Shown piece after piece: positions 34,730 to 46,600 of a DNA stretch of 52,459 nt. Positions within the stretch are counted from its first letter, which is position 1, and every line of letters begins with the position of its first letter. The notes below the pieces were generated by a model. It worked only from the letters and a program-made list of their open reading frames with translations, ran no database searches and was not told the origin of the DNA. The stretch is taken from NCBI GenBank assembly GCA_002633005.1, contig NMRA01000006.1, positions 735,998 to 788,456 on the forward strand, in the 5' to 3' direction. The DNA comes from Phoronis australis. Taxonomy: Eukaryota > Animalia > Phoronida. A program made the position numbers and the translations under genes.

Positions 34730-36441
34730 TTTTTTTGACGGATGCTAGGTATCAAGTTTAGTGTTAACCTAGAAAAAATGATTGACATCAACTACAATGA
34801 GAGGATTGATGAAATCAATAATCTTATCAAAATTTGGTCTAGAAGAAAAATCTCCTTTTTCGGGAAAGTTACGGTGGTGAAGACCTTGATGGTGCCAAAA
34901 CTTATTCACATTATGACAACTCTGCCTACTCCATCAGACATTATTATGAATGAATTGAATGCAAGCATTTTTAAGTTTATTTGGAATAACAAAGTTGAGA
35001 GAGTGAAGAGAGATGTGTTAATCAAAACTTATGAGGAAGGGGGAGTTAAAATGTTAAATATTATTCTTTTTAACAAGGCTATAAAAATTTCATGGATAAA
35101 GAGATTACTTAATTCTGAATCAAAATGGGTGAAATTGTTTGAACTTGAAACAGGGATTGCAAAGTCAAATATTATAAATTTTGGAAATGTTTTTATTAAA
35201 TACCATACTGATGTAATCAATCCTTTTTGGAACGAAGTTCTAAGTAACTGGTCTTTTTTCATTAGTAAACAGCCCCATAAAGATGCGAACGATTTACTCT
35301 CAACAAGTTTATGGCATAACGATGAAATACTAATAGACAGAAAATCTATCTTCTTTAGCAAGTATGCTAGTGGTGGTGTTCTTTTTATTAATGACCTACT
35401 TGATGAAAATAATAGATTTTACTCATTTACTGAATTCAAAAAGATCTCGAACATATCTACAAACTTTTTGGAATATTGTTCTCTGATTGAGTCTGTTAGG
35501 TCGTTTCTGAGGAGAACACCATTACAAATGCAGTTAATTAAGATATATGGACCAATAATACCTTTTAATATCCGTAATTTTTTAAACTGCACATCAATAT
35601 GTAAAATGATATATGAAAGTGTCTGCCACAACAACATTTTGCCTATTGCCCAAAAAAAATTTCAAAAGGAAGGTTATAACTTTCGAAGTGATGACTGGAA
35701 AAAATTATATTCAATGTCTTTTAAAACTACCTATGATTTCAAGTTATGTACACTGCAGTTTAAACTATTACATAGAATACTTGTAACCAACTCTTTTCTT
35801 AGAAAAATTAACCTGGTGGACTCTGATGTATGTACTTTCTGTCATTCACAAAGTGAAACAGTGGATCACATCTTTTTCGAATGCAATAATGTAAAAACAT
35901 TGATAGGAGAATTACGCATTTGGGTGTTGTTGGTAAAAGGTATAAATATGGTTATTGACAAAAAAACAATGTTTTTTGGGATGCCCATAAGTAATGAAAA
36001 TAAAGTTTTAAATTGGATACTTTTGCAATTAAAACATTTTATTTACCTATCCAGGTGTAAAAAAGTAATCCCCAGTTTCTGTCAGTTCCTTAAGATATTA
36101 GAAAGAGAATTTTATATTCAAAGAAGGATTTTATTAAATAATGGTAATTTAGATGAATACCATGCAACCTGGAGAAACTGGTTAACCATAACTTTTGCCT
36201 GACAACATCCTACTGAGAGTAAGTTGGGGGGGGCGGGTGCGTGTGGCGTGTATGTTAAGGATGAGAATGGCTTGATTTTTTTCTTACATATCTGTATTTA
36301 TGTTCTGTATACCAAATGGTGATACTTGACGATAATTTGTTGCAACTAATGTACGTGTATACTGTATTGTTTATTGTGTCGTGTAAATTGTAAATACCCA
36401 TGCTAGAGAAAATAAAAATACTAAAAAAAAAAAAAAAAAAA
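34730..36441 (+). mobile_element. 5'-truncated L1/Tx1-clade non-LTR retrotransposon
   Basis: 16-bp TSD AAAAAAGCTTTTATTT (34714-34729, 36442-36457); AATAAA 36411-36416; poly(A) from 36423; ORF2 C-terminal half. Confidence 0.93.
34742..36202 (+). CDS. LINE ORF2 C-terminal fragment (end of RT, thumb, zf-RVT CCHC)
   Basis: 486 open codons: LGI (end of RT), GKVTVVKTL..PK, FIW, GGV, WIKR, CTFC-x8-HIFFEC; lacks endonuclease and YADD core so non-functional. Confidence 0.9.
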   Translation: MLGIKFSVNLEKMIDINYNERIDEINNLIKIWSRRKISFFGKVTVVKTLMVPKLIHIMTTLPTPSDIIMNELNASIFKFIWNNKVERVKRDVLIKTYEEGGVKMLNIILFNKAIKISWIKRLLNSESKWVKLFELETGIAKSNIINFGNVFIKYHTDVINPFWNEVLSNWSFFISKQPHKDANDLLSTSLWHNDEILIDRKSIFFSKYASGGVLFINDLLDENNRFYSFTEFKKISNISTNFLEYCSLIESVRSFLRRTPLQMQLIKIYGPIIPFNIRNFLNCTSICKMIYESVCHNNILPIAQKKFQKEGYNFRSDDWKKLYSMSFKTTYDFKLCTLQFKLLHRILVTNSFLRKINLVDSDVCTFCHSQSETVDHIFFECNNVKTLIGELRIWVLLVKGINMVIDKKTMFFGMPISNENKVLNWILLQLKHFIYLSRCKKVIPSFCQFLKILEREFYIQRRILLNNGNLDEYHATWRNWLTITFA

Positions 36442-37433
36442 AAAAAAGCTTTTATTTATATTAATTTTCTGCATTAATGCTTTGAAAATGAAACGCAATA
36501 CATACCAAGAATGGTACTTTGTACTAGAATTTCCACAAATTAACTTTGTAATGATGAAGACACTTTTGCCGAAATGGAGACATTCAGCTTATGCGTAACG
36601 TGGAATTAGATATTGTAAGTCATTGGGGACTAATAAACCCTGAATAAGTGTTTTGCAGCCCTCTGTTGAATTAATATTTTAGATGTAGAAAAATGTTTAT
36701 GAGAAGTTGTACTGTTCACAGTTTTAGAAATGACAAAACAATGCAAAGTGGCAGAAAGATTTTAACGATTCTTCATACATTTTCATTTCATTTTTGACAT
36801 AGAGCCCTGAAAAGTGTTTCCCAAGAGTTGCAGTTTTAAATAAAATTAAAATGTATTCAGGCAATTTTTCAAAAACACATTGACAATTGACATCCCTAGT
36901 TGTGGATTGGTATCCTGCTCAAGTCATGGCAGTTGTCAGGTCACTGGGTTGTGTGCCCATTTGCTGGAAGGAAAATGTCCCCATTGGTCTCTAACTGAGT
37001 GTTGTAGGATTCTGAAAGCTGACCAAGCACCTACAGAGGTCGATGCAATTGTTAGTGGTTTCATTAAAAAATCTTGGATTGGCTATAAACCTGACTTGTC
37101 TTCCATCACAAAAAAAAATCTGATTGAGACCACTCTCTGTTATTGGCCTCAAATTGTCCCTTACGCTATTTCAAGTTGATATTGAGACTTAGAAAGAACT
37201 GTCTGTTATTGCTTGAGATCAAGTTGCCTAATTGTCATGACGTGTTATTTTATGTTCAAAGCATGGTCTAAACGAATTACAAAGTAACTATTTTTTTTGC
37301 AAACCCAGAAATCACGTCTAATCTGAGTAGCATAAGGAAAAAGTTGAGACCAATTTTATAATCAAAAAGTTTATGGCTTGAACGAAATGTTGGTTTATTC
37401 CTGCTTTAAAAATAAGTATCTTCAAATTTCCAG

Positions 37434-37643
37434 CATTGTGAATCTCTCTCAGTCAGTCAGTTGGAAAGGAGATCCGCTCGCCTCACTCACCAAAGAGGCA
37501 GCGCATTCGCTACAGACAGTGGTCATTTGACTGCCAACAATGAGTCTGTCCATGCCTACGAGTCAGCCACCACAAGGCTCAACAAAGAGCACATTTTTCG
37601 TGGTCATGAACCTGGTTTGGGTATGCTTTATGAAGTCATACAG
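37434..37643 (+). CDS. Tentative upstream SLC4A11-like exon
   Basis: Open frame with higher GC, ttccag acceptor (alternatives at 37452-37460), phase-0 donor CAG|gttgta compatible with next exon; no conserved motif. Confidence 0.4.
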
Positions 37644-40600
37644 GTTGTACTGTGTTTTTGTCAAGTTGAAACTTCTTTCATGTTCACCGGCTGGAGTCAC
37701 TCATGTTATCTTAAAATAAAGAGGTTAACTCTCTAATTACAGTTACTAGTACACTGTTTCATTCTTACAACTGAGAATGAAAGTGATTCCTTGGTCGCAC
37801 CCCTACATACCAACCACAATCCCCTCAACCCCATTCCTGACCAGCAAATCTCAAATACACGTGCCCCTAAACTCTACAGATGATCTGAAAATAATCCCTG
37901 TTTGTGGACCAAACTCCAGAATGAAACATGTGTTCACGTGAGGATGGAATCTGGTCCTTGCATTTGGATAAGTCTTGGTGCACGTTTGAAATTTAAGGTC
38001 ACTAGTAGTGTGGTGCTTGCTAGTCTGGGACTAGGGAATAAGGTATCGAAGGCACTAGTGTGCTGCTTGCTAGTCTGGGACTAGGGGTTAAGGTATCGAA
38101 GGCACTAGTGTGCTGCTTGCTAGTCTGGGACTAGGGGTTAAGGTATCGAAGCATGAATGTAGGAGATACGCTTCCATGGAATGACCTAATCCCCTGTATA
38201 AATGGCATGCATTGAAAAATTACATATTTGATATAAATATTTAGGGACAGCTCAATATTACTTCATACAAAAATTTGTCACTTTTTACCCCCTACGCCCT
38301 TTGTCCTCACCTTCTTATTCATTCACTAATTTTGTCATCGTAGCTGTCACCTCAGTTATTTGTATGAAATCTGTTACTCACACATTCCCGTTATTTGAGT
38401 TTCTGATTTGATTACAAAATGACATGAAACAGAAGAAACGGTAACTTCACTGCAAAGGCAAAATTTCCTTAAAATTGGTTCTGACAGCCATTGCATAATT
38501 GGGTGGAACTAAAATCTTCATCAAACTTTCATCTTTCTTTCCTGCAGACTAGCTGTTTTTCAGTGTGACAAGTTGTGTCCTACAACTTTAAATGTATTTA
38601 TAACATTGATGGTGTCACCATTTGGCGTAACTAAAATTTACATCAAACTTTCCTGCAGGCTGTTTTTCAGTGTGATCGTTGTTTTCATCAGACAAGTTGT
38701 GTCCTTCAACTTGAAAATTGTATTTATAACGTTGATTGTGTCACCATAACTCACATGTTTCAAGCCCCTCCACCTCAGTAATGACATATCAACGGTCCCT
38801 TATATGTTTCAAAGTACTGTCTTCTGTATATACCTTAATAAATATTTTAGCAAAACCTGAAATTTTTTTGCAGTGTATCCGGTAGTCACATAAATAGATG
38901 TCTGCAGTTTTGAAAGTGTTTTGGTAATTTGTACTTCCCATTTTACAGAAATGGGATCATGTAGACCTGATGAACCAGCAGACACATTCCTGGTGTATTC
39001 AAAGCAGGAGGCAAGTAATGAAGACTTTTTACTTGGCGGAATTCTTCGAATTCCGTCAAGTATGTTGCTCTGACAGCAAGTTTTTTTTTTTTTTTTTTTT
39101 TTTTTTTGTTCGCTCTCTACAGGTCGCAATTCTGGTCCGATTTTCACGAAATTTGCACACAACATGTAGATCGGGAATCACTAGAACGCTATTGTTTTTG
39201 GTCATGATCGGATACAAAATGGCGGACGTGGCGGCCATTTTGTATCCGATTTCACAGTCAAATACTCGTAGAGGCCGCATTTTTCGACCTACATGGCTGA
39301 AAATCGGTACGAATATACTAGAACGCATGTGCTACAATTGTGCAGAAAATCGTTGACTTCCGGTTAAAGATGGCGGAAATATTGGACGTGGCGCATGCGC
39401 ACCCCGAAATAGGGCTAAAAACGTTTTCTCCTGTAGAGGGCGCAATTGCAAACCAATCACTTTCAAACTGGTCACGTGTTCGTTGAGTTTAATAAGCTTT
39501 TATAAAAAATTATTGAACCGGAAGTCACCTTCAAGATGGCGGCTGTGGGGCATGTTCACACGGTTTCAATCGCTCTGGTGTCGCATTTTTTATGGGAAGA
39601 GCAAATGACGTGAATTTTTGCATGTGGATTCCTTGAAGTATGGCCTTTCAAAAAGTCTGCGAGAGCGTATTTCTCAGACTTACCGTTTTCGAGTTATTTG
39701 ACTTTGAATTTCAAAAAAAACCGGCAAATTTTCAATTTTCTCGAAAAATTTTTGGATTTTTGCCAAACTATCACATTAGATAGAGATTTGAACGGGCTTT
39801 CAGAGGATACTTTCCATTTTGCGCTACGACGTCTACTTTTTGAATTATTCGAGATTTTCGGATACCGTTGTCCCTATGCAACGCGCAGGTGGCTGGCTTT
39901 CAGTTCACTTTGTTTTGGTTATGCCTAGTTGACCCAGACTGACCCAGCCAGCACTGTCCTACTTTAAAGCATGGCTCGTCCGTCACGTTGCGCCATCTAT
40001 TGTTCTTTATTGTAGTTGATTGTGTGCTCTCTATTTGATTTTTTGCTAGTCACATGAATGTTATCGTGTTTGACAAACTACCACTTTAGATAGAGTTTTG
40101 AACGGGCTTTCAGATGATAATTTTCATTTTGCGCTACGACGTCTACTTTTTGAATTATTTGAGATTTTCGGATACCGTTGTCCTTCGGTCACAGCCAGCT
40201 GGCTGGCTTTCAGTTCACTTTGTTTTGATTATGCCTAGTTGACCCAGACTGACCCAGCCAGCACTGTTCTACTGTAGACTGGACCGTCATGTGGCGCCAT
40301 CTATCGTTCTTTATTGTAGTTGATTGTATGCTCTCTATTTGATTTCGTCGCTAGTCACATGAACGTTATCGTGTTTGCCAAACTACCATTTTAGATAGAG
40401 TTTTGAACGGGCTTTCAGATGATAATTTCCATTTTGCGCTACGACGTCTACTTTTTGAATTATTCGAGATTTTCGGATACCGTTGGTCCTTCGGTCACGT
40501 ATGCACTCAGCTGGCTGGCTTTCAGTTCACTTTGTTTTGTTTATGTCTGCACAAGTTAACAGAGAGTTTTGACCCCGACTGACCCAGGTAGCACTGTCGT

Positions 40601-43600
40601 ACTGTAGACTGGAATTCCAGGCGAAATACTATTGTAAACATAACTTTGCTCTGCAGACTGTCACATAGTGCCACCTATTTTGGATTGCGGGAACAAAGCA
40701 TGGCTCGTCCGTCATGTTGCGCTATCTTTTTATTTATTGTCAGTGGTACATGTCTGATAACATCTATGGTATGATGCAGACAGCTTGGTGTGTTATGTGG
40801 GCCCACGAGACACTCGCCCCAGTGGTAAACGGGCAAGTTCCATAGAGTAAATAGGAGCCACAGGCTGATCCATGGTTACTGTGATGCACTCGATGTTTAT
40901 TGTTGATACAAACTTAAAAGTGCAGAGTTATAGCTAACAAGGGCAAACTTTAGTGAGACTCTCCTGTAATGTGGCCTTGCTTTGGGGGGATTGAGAATAT
41001 TTTGTTGGTTGGCATTTTGCAGCATGTGTTATCTCCTCATATTTGAGAATGGGCACTTTGCCATGCTCTAGTTTTGGAGTGCCCCCAGAAAACTTGATTT
41101 TCCTGGGAAGATTCATTCAGACAACTGTTGAACATTGAAATTATTAGGGGTAAAGTCTCTCAGCTCTCAGATGAATATAGTAGTTGCTAAAATAGATTAG
41201 GTTGTTATTAACTAAAAAGTGTTGCACTTCTTATAAATAAATATTACATTAAATAAATAAATAAAGAAAAAGAAGACTATCATCTTAATGTTCCATGTGT
41301 AAAAATGCATAGCTGTTCAACAGTTGATATTTATTTGGACATTCCATTGAGTTAAAACATACTAAGTGATCTATTGTTATGAAGGCCAATTTCATTCATT
41401 AAAAATTCCCATTGTAGTGTCTCGCTTGGGGGGGCCTTTGATGATGGAATCTCTCACTCTTCATTATACTCTTAACACCTGGTCCTTCTCTCGGAGGAGA
41501 CCCCTTCTTGTAGTAGGGAGTGATATTGTCAGGGAAATAATTCTAGTGATCATGACTATTTGGAAATGCATGAGTTGTGACAATTGTTACTTGAGAGGCA
41601 TTGAATTGCTATTTCAATCCTTATGTCACTGAGTTGTAACTGTTACAAATGCAAACGACATTCACGACATTCTCCAAAATCTCCTGAAACATGGGGGATC
41701 GCAGTTTGCAACTTCCTCACAGAAATTGTCTGGCCTCGCATTCATTGCTTAAAGACTTGTAATTTTTGTGAGTGTTAAAAATCATAGTAAATGTTTTCTT
41801 CCCAAAAAGTCATAGAGCAGTAGAAAATGCCTTGCACATTTCGCAAAGATTTATTTTTTGGTCGAAATGGAAACAATCCGTCACAACTCTGTGGAGAATT
41901 GACTACGTATGAAACATAAATAGTAAGTTAAACATAGCTGAATTGGAGGTTACGATTCACACAAATGTTCCCTGAATGTCACTCAATTTTTACTGGTCAG
42001 TGTGATTCAAAGTGAACGTAATCCCTGCTTCACGTATTCCCCTGCTGTATTCAATGATGCATCAGATTTCTTATGACACTACGATACTTTATCGTAATGT
42101 ATTTTGCCCGGGGTACGCCATGAGCTATGTTGCAGAGTAAAACAAGAAGAGGATTGCGAATAATGTCATTTATTATGACGTAAATAGAAAGAACTAAAAT
42201 AAGACTCTGCACGATGGGCATGAAAAAAAAAACGCCTCCAGCTTGTACAATGAATAGCCCTGAAAGAGGGAACCAAAACAAAAAACTGCATGAAGGGACA
42301 AAAGAAAAACACAGAAAAAAGTTGAACTGACACCTGTGATGGGGGTGGGAAAAATGCAGAGAATGAAATTGTAGACGACGAACTAGGTGGGCGAATGAGC
42401 TAGACCACGTTGAACGGAACAAAGGAAATATGGGTGGCCAATCAGGTGTCGAGTAGAGAAATGTATGAATACAAAAGTAGACCATTGAGGCTATAAATGA
42501 GTAATGAAAAATAAATTACCCCTAAGGGTTGATATCAAAAAAGTGACAAATGTCAAAATAATGACGATAAATGTCTTTAACAAGTTAAATTTAATTTATG
42601 GTAATCTATTTTGCTCTTGGTACGCCATGAGCTATGTTGCAGAGTAAAACGAAAGGATTGAAAATAATGTCATTTATTATGACGTAAATAGAAAGAACTA
42701 AAATAAGACTCTGCAAGATTTGCATGAAAAAATGCCATAATGGCAGTATTGGAATACTGACATCGCCCATCCCGACAACCTTATTATTTCTTTTACAAAA
42801 TTTGCATTAGTTGGAGACAGGATTATGACATATGAGACCACTGAAGTTGCTAGCCATGATTTTAGCTGATTGCCACTGTCATTTGAATGTTTGAAGTTAT
42901 CTAATGAGCAGTTCTGATGGCAAGGAGCTTTGCTGTTCTGCATAGGGATGTGTGAAATTGTTAATACGGGCGTACCGGAAAGGTCAGCATCTTGTTTAGT
43001 TATAATTTTATTTACAGTTTTATGATCTTTGTCAATTGGTTAATTGTCTTTATATCATGTGTTGAAAAAAGCATTTTAACTTTTAGGAAGTTCACACTAC
43101 TTTGTTTCAAGACTTTGTGACTGAAGATGGCCATTTCATGATTGAGGATGTTATCAAGAACTCTGTCGTCCTTCTGAATGTACGCGAAACAAACCTGCAG
43201 AAACTTATCAACTATGTGCTTGGAGTTTTGCTGAAGGATGAAGGGGAATTAACATTTTCAGAGGCTGTTAGTGAATTATTTTTTCCCAGCACAGGTAAGA
43301 TTCTGAATATCATTAATCAAATTTTGTAATGTGCTGTTACGCATTTCTCGTATGTAATGTGCTGTCAATCATTTTTATGCGCCCACATATTTATATGTGG
43401 ACGCATTATGCCGTCATCTCCATCCATCCGGCATCCGTCTGGCGTCTGCTGCTCTATCTTCAAAACGCCTTGACGTATGTTCATGAAATTTTGTTCATGT
43501 GCTCCTTCCGTGGATGGGACGGCATGAACGAACTTTCGGACGGATCCGACTACCAGTGTGCTCCCAGTGGCAATTTTTTTTACGTTTACCTCAGTCTGTA

Positions 43601-46600
43601 TCTTCAAAAGTCCTAAACGGATTTTCATAAAATTTGGTATATAGGCACCTATTAGTGAGATGATGCTATCCTTTTATTTTCAGATGGATTTGACGTAGTT
43701 TGCACCACCTGGTGGCCATTTTTACTGTTTTCGAGTTTTTTGCGTTCACCCCTCTATCAACCAAACCGCTCAAAGGATGATTGTGAAAATTGGCGTGTAT
43801 GCTCTTACTATGAAGTGGATAGCTGATGATGATTTTCCGACGACTTTGACCACTGTGGCGCCTCCTAGTGGCAGTTTTGTTTTTTTGCGTCTTTGGATGT
43901 ATCCCCTAAATCGTTCGCAGGATTTTTACTAAATTTAGTAAGTGTATTTGTATGATGTTAACAACGGAGGACAACGACTTTCAGCCGTATCTGTGTACTG
44001 GTGTGCCACCTGGTGGCAATTTTATTTTTTTTACGTTTACCTCTGTATGTTCAAAGGTCCTCAACGTATTTTCATAAAATTTGGCATACAGGCATCTGTT
44101 AATGAGGTGACGTTATCTCTGTTTTCAGATGGATTCGACCTAGTTTGCGCCACCTAGTGGCCATTTTCACTGTTTTCGAGTCTGTTTTTTGGCGTCCACT
44201 CGTCTGTCAACCAAACCGCTTTCAGGATAATTGTGAAAACTTGCTTGTATGTTCTTACTATGAAGTGGACAGCTGTCGCAGATTTTTCGACGAGTTTGAC
44301 TACTGTGGCGCCTCTTAGTGGCAGTTTTGTTTTATTTGCGCTCATGGCTCTATCTATTAAACCATTTGCAGGATCTTTTCCTAATTTTGCATGTGTATTT
44401 ATATGATGTTGACAATGGACAACGACTTTTGCACGGATCTGACTACTGGTGTGCCCCCTAGTGGCAACTTTAGTTTTTACGTTTACCGGTCTGTATCTTC
44501 AAAGTTTCTCAACAGATTTTCATAAAATTTTGTACATAGACATCTATTGGTGAGATGACACTATTATCCTGTTTTTGGATGGAATGGAGTTATTTTGTGC
44601 CACCTGGTGGCCATTTTTGCTTTTTTCAAATCTTTTTTGTGGCGTCCACCCCTTGATCAACCAAAGCATTCTTAGGGATGGTTTTGCAAATTGGCTTCTA
44701 TGTTTTCAGTGTGAAGAGGACGTTTGGTGATGGCAACTGACTACTATGGCGCCTCCTAGTGGTAGTTTTTTTTTGCGCCCATAACTGTATCTCCAAAACC
44801 CACTGCAGGATCTTTATTAAATTTAGTAAGTGAATTTATATGGAGATAACAGACGACGACTTTCAGGCGGACGGAATGGACATTGTGCCCACAAGTGGCA
44901 ATTTCATTTTGTTCTGTTTTTCTTTGTTTCTCAGGAGTTCCTTGAAATATGGAATGTTTTTTTATGAATTGTAAGTTTTTGCGCCATCTAGTTGCCATTT
45001 TTATGATACAAATAACTAACCCTAAAAGCCCACCATTTGCGATGCATTTGTGGGCGCAATTCAATGCTCCGCGTTGCTCTTGTTCCTATTGTAATGTGCG
45101 GTCAATCATTTTCCAATGTAATGTCATTCACTACTCGATGCTTTGTATGAGCCATACATTCGTGTATTCAGGCCCTTGCGTCTATATCTGTAGTGATGTG
45201 TTTTATCAAGACAAATGTTTGGATCTACTCTTTTGCATGTAGCCGCATACACCTACGCTTCCCTTGCAAGCTCATTTAATTACTGGTGTTAAATTTAGTC
45301 TGTGTAGACGTTGTCATTCTGTAATAGATAAGTAAAGTTTCACTCACAAGGAAGGCGCATACACGTAGTTTGGAAAATAGGCCCAGCTTTATGTATAGCC
45401 GCACGGATCTAAATGGGTGCACATTTGCTACTGTAAGAGGTATCAACATGTTCATATTTTTTCATCTGTATTTGTCATTTGCAGTAAGCACACTGTCGAG
45501 GGTTTTTCAAGGAGTGCAGTACACCGAAGTGGGCGGATTTGATCGAAACCAATCTTGGATATGTACATTGTAAGCTACGCATTGCTAATAAATGATCTAT
45601 ATTCACTCATGGCAGTTCTGGTGTTGGCAAAGTATTGTAACAAAACTCATGGCATTTTGTGCACTGGTGTGAATGTTTCAATTACCTCTACACAGTAGAA
45701 TGTCTGCTGATGTTGCCGCACCGATAAAATGCCCTTTCCCATCAACTTAACTGATAGCTACTACTAAAGCTTGGATGCTAACTGTGGTTAATTGGGAAGT
45801 TATGTGCTTCTGTTCCCATCAGCTTTGGAATGGTATTCAGACAACTAATTCAGCAGTTATCTCAAGGTGGCCGAGTATCAGCAGATCTGAACGCAATATG
45901 GTGGGAGCTCCTTTTACGTAGTTACTTAGTTATACGTTCAGTGATTTTTATGCGCCCACATATTACCGTCCTGCGGATGGAACGGACACTGTGCCCACAA
46001 GTGGCAATTTCAGTTTGTTCTGTTTTCCTTTCAAATTCTTTCTCTGAAGTTGATAGATTTTTATGAAATTTGGTTAATAGCTTTCTATTAAAGAAGTGAT
46101 GACATGTTCCGTTATCAGATGGATTGGACATGTTGCGCCATCTAGCGACCATTTTCATGATAGAAATGAACAACTGTAGACTGAAGCACTTGGTTTGCGG
46201 TGCATTTGTGGGCGCATTTCAACGCTCCGCGTTGCTCTTGTCTGTTCTACAACTTGTGAACAATATCTGGTTAAGCCATTCTAGCTCAGTGTTGTCTGCT
46301 GTTTTTTCAGTGCCCATGTAAGTCGCTTAGAAAGAATGCGTGCAGCATTTATTCGCCTGCATCATGCAGCCAATCTGGGAGGAAGTAGTCAAGAAATAGA
46401 ATTCATTACTCTAATTTTGGGTCCAAACAGACTGGACAATATGGGAGTGGTAAGTCAACATGGTTTGATGCATTTCTGTTCTAAGTTATGCATGATTCAA
46501 CTTGATCATGGAAAATCTTGGAAACCTGGAAAATTGCTTAATAATGTATAAATGATTTCCCTACATGGGAAACTAATGGAAGATGAAAAAAGGGTATGAA

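Noticed and set aside
43353-45112. Apparent 23-bp TSD around the H1 element
   Set aside because: TGTAATGTGC.GTCAATCATTTT is a pre-existing 27-28-bp minisatellite (43325, 43353, 45090, 45117) that the element interrupted at a T-run
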